DNA of 64,000 nt, taken from the NCBI GenBank assembly GCA_963674735.2, contig CAXXQS010000002.1:1376001-1440000 (forward strand). Direction: 5' to 3'. The translations under genes were made by a program, and so were the position numbers. Position 1 is the first letter of the stretch, and every line of letters starts with the position of its first letter. Positions 49,101-50,764 of the stretch are shown in pieces. This DNA comes from Myxococcota bacterium. GTDB taxonomy: Bacteria; Myxococcota_A; SURF-8. The notes under the pieces are model-generated. The model was not told where the DNA came from, made no database searches, and worked only from the letters and a program-made list of their open reading frames with translations.

Positions 49101-50625
49101 CTACAAGTTCAACAGCGTTGCTCCACCGGCCGATATCGATTGCGATGATTGTGCCGGCACATCGGATCCGACCGCTTGTGAAGCGGCGTGTCCGGATACG
49201 ACCATCCAATCGGTTTCCGGAACCGGTGCCTGTCCGACCGGAACGGATGGGACTTGCAAGTACGTACAGTATCAGGGTATCTCGAACGGTATCTACTGGT
49301 TCCATGTGCGTGCGCGTAGTAACACCAAGGATATTTCGGGTGTCCCGAATCGCGATTGGGGTGACACGGAACACATCCAGATCAAAGTGGATATTCCGCC
49401 GCCGGGCTCCATGCGAATTGATGGTGGGTTTGGTGTCGGGGGTATGGATCCGACTTCCGGAGGTTACTTCGGAGATGAGGTCTTCCACTACGTGCAAATC
49501 AGTCCTTACTATATCATGCAGCACGAAGTTACGGTTGCTCAGTACAAGGACTGTCTCGAAAACTTCTCAGAGGTTCGCGACACTCTGAATAATACGATCA
49601 GTTGTTTGCCGGGTGAAGATACCGAGCAGTGTGCGTCGGATTACACGGGCTACGTCTACTCGTGGGAAACGCTTGAATGTTACGTGCACGACAGCGGTGA
49701 TCCCAACCTGGGTCGGGCTTGTCCGGGCGGCAGCTATTGTTCGCCGACAACCAGCACATGTGTGACCGGTTGCGATCCGTATTCCGACTCCGGATTCAGC
49801 AACCCGCAAAGCACGAGTTCGTCGACCGGGCGTAATTATTTCGACAGCCGGTCGGGTGCTTACGACGACTATCCGGTTATCTACGTGTCCTGGTACCAGG
49901 CGCAACAGTACTGTATTTCACAGGAAATGCGCCTGCCCACGGAACATGAGTGGGATCTTGCGGCGCGTGGTGACTTGAACCTGACCGCCGACGACTACAA
50001 CCGTTGGCCGTGGCGCCACTACTGCATCCTGGATCAGTACGATAACTGTATTGGTGATGTGGAGCCCGACAATGATACGTTCTGGTTCCCGAGCTCGTCG
50101 TGGCCGGATTGGCCGGAAGTAGATGGCAAGCCGTTGAACTATGCCGGACTGGGCTTGGGTGATACCACTCCATCCAACATCGGGAATGCCGATCCGGTTC
50201 TGTGCTTCTTCTCGGGTGATAATCATACCGCCTCGGAATTCCCGGAAATCGGTGTGAATATCACTACTTCCAACGGTGCGCAGCTGGCCTGGAGTGGCGG
50301 TGAGATTTGCGATATGGCCGGTAATGTGTCTGAGTGGGTGGTGGATTGGTACAGCCCCTACTTGGTGCAGAACAGTCCGATCGGCCGCACGCCTGACAAT
50401 CCGTGGGTTGATCCGGTGGTCGGTGATGTGACGGAATGTAAACTGCGTTGCACTGGTGACGGCAACTGCATCACGGCTTGTTCGGACAAGGTTGCTCGAG
50501 GTGGTAGCTTCGCTTCTTCCTGGCGTTACACGCGTGTCGGGTACCGTGACACTGCCGACCCGATGATCGGTCAAAGCCATATCGGTTTCCGTTGTGCGGC
50601 GCCGTCGGCGATGACAGCCGAATAA
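19123..50625 (+). CDS. Giant (~10,500 aa) secreted multidomain adhesin-like protein: Ig/FN3-like repeats, ConA-like and CBM-like domains, C-terminal FGE-sulfatase (CLec-fold) domain
   Basis: Uninterrupted 31.5-kb ORF. ATG 19123 with GGAGG RBS and signal peptide MKAPERALTRKSLLYALALIVGFMLLAPQPEAQA. Dozens of repeats ending VYxxFxDxxGN...DxxxP or WYFHVRAxD/NxAG. C-terminal HEVTVAQY, PVIYVSWYQAQQYC, RLPTEHEW, DMAGNVSEWV, RGGSF, IGFRC. Confidence 0.92.
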   Translation: MKAPERALTRKSLLYALALIVGFMLLAPQPEAQAYTLYSANNYWISAAPTLDYNNSNSTYLDYYDRNYNAYAGARIVAHTCHQNAKGRGFLRYYRRYGNNTGSWQYSDSYACPSNGSSPPGTTASNGGYIYEFSDYNNLGFGSSATSTQYAVKMRIYARNPNTGGYYDGPQTYYIRHRIDNGWPGTSNQINTFYSKCTGAAASTTNVDCSPNTCAGKNSWFVCNSTWNYYARDYGDYAFTSSTDFSRGHRVTSLKTGHDSSSYANSNPTTGWLAGLDITNQNLATGLRTIYMHGWGWDSFTAGGDADKQRRLGRHRYYYRYDNNMPTLAQKTAGGGPTAGRWYNTGGWDIKWELADTISKPRWGFVDGPTGDLTCTSSTSSGCGGNSGAFEMGRTLNEVRNGAYGGITLYYSGCDYSGRGFGTHSTYCLTDGTYNDPRKSATYYYDRNNPYVSVTCSTGTCPANGWVNSDFSVYFDGKDNSSSTNAGPWKLYYRTLSGEYSSFTVDTSHCTSTPVTDSTPSYNETVRYTWSVGSSFGATGKTTCARIYDGSYDDSNHQGARSAASTCKFYKYDGHNPTITMSNSGSCCVPSTSNCYLGDDGDNITLTLHDDEELKRVDCNWTTSSSSSYPSQGGGTRGANLTGQNATFNTQYDDATSTGEGTRYLWCKVWDTTGRSATVSGYFKLDRNPPTTSVTSNYPYYTNASQSNISWKNGTTPTFYGNASKGTNDSAIQKYQWELNETTSSELSYTGSSPMASWAISPSPGNLDRQGRNDFKFKTRNSVCTAHESHAWSGWSTIYIWRDTLGPDRPGRPTTPGGRYTSDNTPTFTFTPTQGDCVPSSATSTSCGSYTRNASTYSSLYSGIKDSNMYRYYLRETTGGSNLSNNYFTCTSTSSCSFTPSYTLQTERDYVLLLRVYDKAGKYGNADNTTDAVTGSSSTWVYFTYDHSAPNTLSAVPSAVADANVSTNRTYYSSGTSVNVTTKARDALGWAPLYVAISTTKYGTTDCNNAGLAGAWRSMGGSLKTTSELTYTYSVSDFSSSGTNYYVYFKDSGNNCVAYNTTSGPGYTFKIIKDTAPPANPQLRVYSSTSSNNCSNIGSGTARTTSRDVKLVACVTNASSEPNLKVFAEDNWIRNSGFDTSRPSDYNDNHGTTTESDHWYNPGNRGLRKQTSVWGTSTWANEYTASSTAAYEIGISQCLFGCGGAGTYCPSGDNLSCPVSGTPGSNQFQDKWTQAPSGWSWHTNYRYYCNAVGTSGNDYYTKVYGASGQGTAFFFDCPSIGSTGYRSNNETLTNIGSYLAFAFKEDQDLSSGKVTVDNFEFYRYPTSSTPNDSNTSLNDLNEWMGWKSWSGTSSGSFNWKLPEGDGPHKVYAWFKDQTGNITTSAATATIILDRRAPWGGLVVAAPTSTETIDGRRYTSAPRPQLRLRAYDDWTTGSGMRAALSLNNSTYGSYFGISHGDQTLDVSSTYWPGLSGAVNATTGNTVYARFKDGGDNTTSHTIASAIYLDRKKPELAASLATANQGYTNENVTVRITTLKDNWPYMDGSNKKLRVCIKHKNSTGDTATPTYDDPSATGNCWQNISVSGTSYYSGTADLAYTLTGNKNENKTVYVWAVDGSAKRYGIDPLNIAGPVTMTTFLDGTPPTCASIVAYGKDRNNADDSRFFNDGTVKVVVKATDVAGVSGVRLSNSTSFSGGWTSMASCTGGYCATVATFDINEAATTPKVYAQFQDTLGNYTTSGFCSDTITYDITGPQKAAVQIVGNVPGDINKTNTPNVKLKVGAYVGTATPGAVSGITEGWTNTTANPLYYRVCRNLTGNTNSDCWPNASGWLALPSSGDVPTGTTTFNLGECSVGLASCTKSVYLWLSDQGGNDSAPNQNGAYPVRTDTVTLDSNKPVCTASVTSADFSYTSDHFTDDPILNVSIDREGNTDISHYCLCTGDTNALPSSAGSTSDYCADNTSNGRCTGWTSIPVSNTTQWTLYSGAAASAPQGDKHMWIFCRDSSYNISCDPKTETCAAQDYAKIDTKAPAIPAQNIHVKDSSHPLQTNQKNAKITWGSSYDTYGECSGSGTCGGGTCISQFCSPAVASGLVGYQARYKLDTASTWKPTENVFNLTAYPYPQDMIWDPVYNFEPDGHWQIQVKAVDKLYQSSEVDHANPAGSTWQQVSVLVDTTGPQPYNPVDGAAITLYEPNSSCGTSFYTHASKKVTASNAIDIAINAKDALDPDGQGTNWREATATVMGFSVVAATADCPQNTAVDYRYIFEADECFQGVDGGGQQWSNGFPIVSGTPATTVEKKICGHFRDWINNYSPAVRNDADFVALVTYDREGPYASGLPSTDEDVHNTPKPNWTWTASTGDKARALASTGDSCPGAPYRLRYWMGPVGGETAGPYYSKSLTTNQMTSIDYNTGQELIPGVWNAVVEVYDAKCYKTDSTAGETEYDTSVSSDNKVSILSPADNSNKFTNKAAVDLSISTVDTDIEKYVTWNCNNGESTPLLGTWTPYSSDGSIGGWTLDVSGISTPKGTVKVCYRFLDAAGNITCDPVASPSCDPSHGLDFAPQMDTIIYDKWAPTNDGDAIAVASLSDGPDPFYTNQSSVAVTLSAKDGNSDEWTSLRYAIANAADGSSPANPASSVGSWQAFTSPLDIASHSLGVSGDACDANGQRDVYVWFADQGALIPGDGPTEYNRTPNGSPYKDSIFFDNCMPQPVDTSVPHIVKVGGIDPNATDDATPEWTWPAFADPGSASSTGAGLCTAALCNTASIKGTYQICWSNYESSCAWSTDAPYFRDTNSYTHTSALNPGVWYFHVRAYDRAGNVSDTLVGSATVVDVQKPSKPIVSAFDDDPLNQHLASARLVIDAADGNDGSAVDYAIKVANVSNGAGGTMWVGDSGVLETDPVWQSRNTWNGDGSGVIIKELEDSKLYIFTLIASFDQGGEYPSDDFASVRVNDRTPILPPTPTASADVGNNQVDLSVSYKDPTSTRFPAAVWDANAERYNALRQEMLTTSGDFGAGDDTFPLRNGIAYIPHSVSGWGEDTFLSIEPYKMAYFTPNWEHRDGDGYNTAGHPSVLPGIGYGIEFDPVRNLIYSVSSSSPQLYAYTYNSLTSSWSGTTITGSIPTCIDLAYDGNFLYCMGNHNGTISRFKLSGAAGSQTMAAQGTFSPGTALAYDGLAVANGLLYVGGRGDTDRTVTVYRTGDWSDDSTDLPTSAASFSVSSDANANIGTLLSDGRFLYTHAVELSGGVPTDSHNRVYGHALLNQMAFFQANPNEDSLDAARAEYAPLGGVIDRFDDSDFTDLWNLSSGNFSQGSGFVAATGTTNMLLAKTTPPTRYFAIEADVMDTASIADGEVGLVYSAANTNNRFQCGFNVNQDVSPITYSARIYRRSTANGTVEVGSRDDLTFAKGAWYHLKVVVTDRDHTCYINGVKVASLQGDSTLPGGAPLSVGVFADQDGARFNNFRLTPLQGDVSGSNWTYASTDAQDITPPTDITSATSTHSPAINVWSNVDEISVNWDEPDSQGTAYSFTSSALDGAHNFSNGFANGTFDGGDGAKAYSWYRNTALTSTHDTSCTNAGCSRRVVGTETFSGISMAGKTISGYGRYIRSRADGTAYIGLIQRVPVMTKDSSDFAFEFDYYCESGTINLQSGKNGWRMRFIREDGNATPYDSTAVAYLSNGTTAIKDLNQFECVANETGHVVAKVSTPSSMANHYYRLQVYDWALTSGNYPTDPYVFQGIVLDNFTLREVDSATIETLMAEYLVTATWSDGGSSQVYQYTRPNNTAGRDLVIPPNGDQIASGEWVVTVAGKDAAGNWNENDYELNKFLVDNTKPATPEISCNVDKADWSNATSATCSWDKTTGPSPGTYYTCYSNSSNPADCNTWSSQSDTSASVAVALTEGIEGKSYLHVYAMDTGSPDPGVDPPGIDTYEFWIDQTKPTAPTVSCSCPDSVSIGDGADPDAVDEWYCMNDDKNISCAWNDLPQPPTSPRKFGSCLYQVRTEDLGAGQEMEDFDCNAAVKCTLNYVLSTPAKALGDTLVNGSGTWCFYAGNSDTGGFSDVSSYKFHIDITPPERPSNEWAPWVINGEGAKVDYTAEERPTWVWQPAIDQHSGLAGGTGRYDIMWSLDGCGNYSAQNSADAATETYTHTSDLTVNVKYWGWVRAFDLVDNYADSECGEIFVVGMEDPAPPAVSALIDPVLQSEAGKIKLVIDNTGNVQPNIMFAVIENKATGGTYLRGDGTLGAAYVDPKTGDPALINEIWRTYDASGSAVHWNGTNGLIIDGIDFGSGEVPLYDGTEFEFQVTSYYPDTMHGPGTASQVVTFDRTQPKPVVATIGVRPDTDPDSGQTLNRMVVGYEHGGVFIEAEDAFNVATSTATLGTSSVDNGDDYTASGGSFMELSAAGSALEFKFYAEKTARYYLHTLGYAIGGGDDEFYVHLDGSGSALGDSAIDPPDGKPGYGWSSGYSLGTQNLEQGWHTVTLKKKHPAKIDAVWISQTRLTDPADRRLLSFNHGEFQKVTRSSTLASGYVPIEGVEDGFGRTDLGVGSDYVSFIGSGETWGITNGEAHDDKNQNLATAILTSDSYDHFTAEVDTRILSTSNGGAGLVVRQAGGSYYIFQILFQSGGKVILNRDNQYPAAPFKEKTVALSAGDWYRLKVVARGAELKFYVNDAMQFNVFDDTVSSVADFSGRVGLYSHPRTGTGNHYAYFDNFRVLPFSTPGGVVDNDAVDLGAPTTPTALAGNPTTPPVGATNETELTVRWNAANDTTNTDTYYYVTEMVDLEGNEENLLGNGGFELGDAGWTNSSPAQNPILESGWASGETYEGDWAASFAASGTISYVVSSVSIPNGGQQFFASGMLSAISSGLEVQVWARTTGTTGWNEAQHKIFGEGLTDFTGKWTEVGRGFRIANTSGSARNYDLMFRLSNSGSVGLADDLKIVKGQQGTIYTGVGGYDVWWLPEGLTEVVGGKRQPVSGVTAEEIGVTALASTYTIPQNAQNEYQDGNWYAFTQTFDRAGATPNRSAEWLAFGPFEVDTRDPVVTLGDPRIMVDNGSGTLVDSDFTHTPNVFLHFRVEDLSAYMVKDDSQITEGEADPASTQWIVPSLADCTKQTSGTTDIWTCDIPHTLSGTDQDDYTVYMRFMDDVGNVTDNYSDTITHDSEGPDPVSLTIGEDVDGTFSELEFTNRLENIGGVWKALADLDLQATDNWPPITMDLSNTNGSWPNSWQSLSSPYLEWELDVSSTTTPVEETVSVYARFRDGSGIEQNQSSASDSIKFDTRGPQVCNLEFMSGTNDNGTLRSNTKSVAVRLVVEDWWSPWKYALSRTTSTGTITEIFTSPLDTSWDLVPSTDNTLYDEQKSVYLKCWDGGDNHDATNSVDQKSIVYDNRPPKARYVQAWPQVEYPTGNLYTASRDIDIRLVVEDSNITGNAWLEHWFPVQVRLSNDGVFDGQDDLGGTFVEHAEELTWYSLGNPYSYDGSSQLIPLTVPTTWRLTNGDDTKTVYMNLKDGGGNEWSVVGTLPTDTIKLDTAGPTGEMDVEDLDGYINTENGQVRIILSNVVEQWHQVQMQVRHEHRTSGGAIDYSGDWTWEKVCSSAQKTSDGWCPVNYDFNTWQLGKDVDGTWTVLQGDWTVYVRLRDGGKNINVIGSETVYHSTEAPECSLVINGGAEWTNDPNVDLLVTNVCDSGTDDCESVGKTPVSYTAKNVPGDYSGPYWDFTNPSTTKVDWPILTDRPDQTDGEKIVYAYCKNAANNISSAALSSIKLDTYAPVPPTTSGTPQSPTPDRAYCNNDPAPTWTWNAWSDNSGSTIGSSGIDYYVVYWGTTAFSSCAGCSDTVDADTRASSYQYTNAVDDMTDTVGGTTWYFWVKAFDKAGNESEVTSGSGSIVIDTIPPSLASAWMTIFDDNRAWYNKYYPLTVRLDGVVGAYQMLVDSEHDPTQPLNLYPDDVSGSAPWVGYNQIISFIRIEPDGEDEHRWISMVFRDRAGNVTNTYIADDIGIDVSKPVWSGAPTCGTSPTNDNTPTCDWTGLVEDTVSGFHDSAPFVLRWEKGSKSITVTTTDFTYSLSDIPAGTGLGDGEWTMWVTAYDKANNNEASSQVTFTVDTEPPAGELTITDAVSYDGHETIYTRFADVDLSIPLTSEGSGFDPADYQMKLWNAGESAPAYAAYEDTKSDWPLFDSATAGEKTIQVCFSDLANNESECPPVLANTPDHIATIYYDPTPPPAVTALAADDTFASPDGPSTADRTPSWSWSWSNDDATGASGGRVINRYRLEWKKVDRNDDNVILEGPFPTASEDPMFTDGTSFQHVDELSKGKWIMTAWVYDNAGNESAAETATVFIEAISIPARPIVTRGALYPLNSGMAAAYLTLDVDSENPINTLYSVYEETTGKYLKADGTLSGDEVGPESGDPSVPSIWRTINEWNPAGQPPFIIRGLENGKVYRFKAKAFYTGLNSSDFGEAMPFVPGDHIATKAANLAATTVNHANGYPDHVELSWNFDWNAFSQAATVYDAPLDAGYEQFVVNQDLATGGVTVVSYADNNQVTDGVTSVILNRGDSIVLPDASVTPAYTLEPKTKIVGSGPFTAKGNGPDVGGMLVPGAYADTAFASIAARNSDVVITVLALEEGTDIGVYENNGVLKDSANLGRDDFYRFDNLGLGKDSTVSVLGNKPFLAYYTATGSAADDFYPMPPLATELYGVPSSSFRLACPTAGTTGTIYKSDGSSTPFSCGPTSSVSDTGASLGAGPAYRVVSDNYPIAGLGYADSSGGEGESLIPKRFMGNAFTVAEGTIYVALALQEQGATVTVYDQDGNDRGLTPTATESSCSGCPGYALLGAVNAGDLIVTSSAAMAYYDSASGGYETGIAAWPMWTNTIQRADGSGDGMLTSMGGWFDDFSTASMSNYSSAFSSGFAIGGGQLVDNISGNKLGLVYDANSGSDYIVEADVFNGDGPDSGLVGLLFRYASASDYYLFGISSESGVQGARLLLRQNGVASSAEASLVDLPLQLESNRWYHLKVVAKGKRFRCYVGDYLVIDHFDKNALASGKTGVFSGENSAQVVFDNFSVAPISDAAAYAADDAHDVMPPNAVDEGNLGITSGQTQSDPPTTISWYNDPVVGLSWNTPSDVATDYTFVQDVADPDGNFNNGFENGGFELAISADNWGNEDSDCSDGKCHLRTLDLDGNPASFAGSSNYAWRVKTDGNVPIPVMVQQAPDLSATNTSFLFEFAYRCVEATGSNGWQFYFANNAQSVFLRPSGTAVLASGERLAKDMSNFTCDADEEGVFRAVLSRNASVDDFQFFLVEHPAAGAQEILLDNLRLRKVEQTSVVSGLDGYAFVCGTDTVNNWTKNKEETVTSANCDFSASQGGNNFIHLRTVDNRGNWDEEEDVVTLGPFYIDIEAPDAPGEPDTERDPMNEPRPTWSWTRPADNPALDASGLDAAHTYTVYWSLDPNADEATLRSADQYDEITDMPDTRPGYADHSIYTIPETKPGLTHTSGESATWHFWVYAIDKAGNVSDRSVGSVEIDLMGCEMPDTDAVVLEDGAEYTPNQAAKVVVASSGTSCYWIGLSNTPVMPDYEDFSASDGSGRWFDLRTLTPADTVLNWDLDTGLTNTDDGMRTVYVWVRDTAYNVEGPKSDSTYLDRIKPSTPGKPIATSEPVNPSDPWPEINPNSDTTPLWRWVASTDNLSGIRDVNGYELQWDTDVNFSSPVSQLLDPEELRDIQGVSNSIYNHPSEEAKQLSYDPYSLVNKTWYMRVRSFDNVDHASDWSEPIGSITAQVTIDITWPEAAFTIDDGAEITSNRRVTLDVTNATDLWQPITFAVANTDNPLSFDYTYPANAEITNWDLTSSLPDYGTPGFDPPDGEYEVYMRFRDGGLTPTPQDVLESTKQVIILDTHGPDCNGDDDSGLIAARYHESGYGLEMFWDEPSDPYSAVDHVYLEVSVNGGTYTTPSTVPSGNLAADSTGYYDYGLAQGSSYQYRYKCYDDLGNSSDFVYSEVLVPSDTTAPATPVNFTWRSEIDTPSSNPDVQGSVKLSLIWENVTDVDLSHYNVYGSMVPTDLTNRLVAAGCGLSMGSGAVTSPCSLAVDGNGTTYFELDQPGYDMAEWLLDSSEHLGKVRVRFYDDDNRIFKREQIRMYTGVSDFIRLSPDGLLEDIVDGFAWRADRSQMSFPVPYDAGSALRVAALFDGITEAQISSTDDKVRIVEIEAFGSRLNISDIQPASDGGDPDYPDTKFEWTVTGMEEWHFAVDSVDTANNASEHSNPIVSIQAIDSSPPYAPVISAAKFGEPSETVAEGTWYGFDDVTFGWTSSDKEGTPIVNYRWYFDAPGAECTSGNYDTNGNCHGLTISYDQMDIPDCVSSVQPWRFYVQAQNDVGLWSAWSYFEISIETREPLVLNLTAPDFDDLPVVTPPYSNDTWENNDAPFFVWATDPDTVSGIQGYVWEFIPEPSVGYDPTTWTPADPNNIESYSANPLREDFTAVADGRHWFHIQAVSIAGVVGPASHYLVKIDTAPKYLDILLVDQQTTESVWYSYDSVDEIRWHSQALSGIHSFTWQFDQTPGSAFSSFGAEAESVSVLGSEDVEEVESAYDLPWDVSDNPSTFPDSGVWTFHLQATANSGATSNVLHRDIQVDLGPTTPVFNGTLSSESPDDTADPSDELWINESQPVTVWNVSSLSGIEKVLVLVTQDAGEVPTESTPGVVVINDADDGVADGIVANTYQTPVIPSGIWYVIVRAQNRAVPAVWSQAAAREYNVDTGPTLPEVTADPHADESVWYAEALDETTLSFWAAAFSGVSKFQYTWGRDETLPTTPTWTDIAVDGGDIDATWTAGPDSPEPLDLPRYKQTLDRSDLTPGIWYLHVRAVNGISVPGQVKRFSIHMNEEARIEDVSVGLDPVKTDASETQVTTVEIYDYNTAANIKKVHLAIDALNYDSNPTGDAVKRGYFTWSPTEGFTKLAGNGGDHVLLSGSVVDPKPTDADYNTATTLVVQFKWLLLSTYGDTQANQVKVIVEDYTEPPTPASGWNTSAPTFDSNKQVPETDHVSPLSGVWWQPENYTYNDSDDDWGRPNLKVEEVDDPNMHDVVSYLFSISTQPDGVSGTLGEQLFESGWFIPETGDYDLSGNIQWQVEGPAENYLRLSTAYYYWISRTRDNHGWENDCNDPFNPANGCEPWLLKVDATKPVITSLTASPQNDPEQWSNDDTPRLTWSAATVSPAQIDGFSWSVPFSNTSYTDHAAQTPDVDRLKDEGSATTAITLNPLSDGISVFHIRTVSLAGRWGDDETKVLRIDTSPPIKPTTYSSTHPNGHAEDPETWYTSYDVQLGWSGYDETVQLWDGRPGITHYSYLLSTNDSADAGQVTTNTPPAPTSKSYTLPNDGVYYFYVRGRNEATIWGPQDIFTIRVDKSAPLKPEITNASHDEDKWYSSRHPSFGWIAYDYDPDDPSVDPDNHPPISNYCYMIDDRLPSDTVWNNETYCTNNGTVANVTVHTVTGDGLGDGTWYFHVVAQNAAGLWGPFEHHKIQIDGTVPSPADAGFSSPTHPDSDNATDPAPDFWYNETGFGIYWATKDTAPIVEYSVGVSNNPSYSPSTTSAQVYNPVARAECPDYNGPDGTPDGVVDSYDACMMFPKNSADWPYDITQGGATAAEGNWYFRVKVRNASIGGQPMWNTDPIGFDFKVDTTAPPLENVVIDSTSHVSGQPNGSTNAQFSWTATEESGQSDIRDYCIKLHKAADVGNYNDCDCTGQETNGTLANGSIVTTDVSKVYNLEVLYPADPDGHYYFTVRARNTSQTTEGSHTLWSEAQRFHLWVFSAGASTPVIYAENHSPSTTWFWDEDNNKNQLRFEIESTAPAGIGIRAYRYLVALDKNFEDGDEGGFNPNNYSWIEWPATQAEQDAACDAGGLTGHPEFAEVSYGVKQEGEYWLHAAAKACGDAQDWNYNHRKARVDSSAPEVQTLSLSDDFTAVVGGNGWCQRADVEGETNPCRNPKFVFRSKDTGTVWNGSAWELIEAGRILGYSYKFNSVAPPADIDCDDCAGTSDPTACEAACPDTTIQSVSGTGACPTGTDGTCKYVQYQGISNGIYWFHVRARSNTKDISGVPNRDWGDTEHIQIKVDIPPPGSMRIDGGFGVGGMDPTSGGYFGDEVFHYVQISPYYIMQHEVTVAQYKDCLENFSEVRDTLNNTISCLPGEDTEQCASDYTGYVYSWETLECYVHDSGDPNLGRACPGGSYCSPTTSTCVTGCDPYSDSGFSNPQSTSSSTGRNYFDSRSGAYDDYPVIYVSWYQAQQYCISQEMRLPTEHEWDLAARGDLNLTADDYNRWPWRHYCILDQYDNCIGDVEPDNDTFWFPSSSWPDWPEVDGKPLNYAGLGLGDTTPSNIGNADPVLCFFSGDNHTASEFPEIGVNITTSNGAQLAWSGGEICDMAGNVSEWVVDWYSPYLVQNSPIGRTPDNPWVDPVVGDVTECKLRCTGDGNCITACSDKVARGGSFASSWRYTRVGYRDTADPMIGQSHIGFRCAAPSAMTAE

Positions 50626-50651
50626 TTCGGGTTGCTTATCCGTGTTCATCT

Positions 50652-50683
50652 AGAGGGTGCCTTTCGGGGCACCCTCTTTTTTT
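50652..50683 (+). terminator. Rho-independent terminator closing the pilus/giant-protein unit
   Basis: AGAGGGTGCC-T-TTCG-G-GGCACCCTCT stem with a UUCG loop, followed by a T run, 26 nt after the stop codon. Confidence 0.9.
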
Positions 50684-50764
50684 AAACCGGATACAGTCGG
50701 ACATGGCCTGGAAGCGCGGTTTCTGCTAAGCTGGTTTCAGGGAAATGATCAAATGGAGTCGAAC

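Noticed and set aside
19123-50625. Giant protein as an NRPS/PKS, RTX or RHS/YD toxin
   Set aside because: No adenylation/KS/carrier motifs, GGxGxD repeats, YD repeats or RHS core seen.
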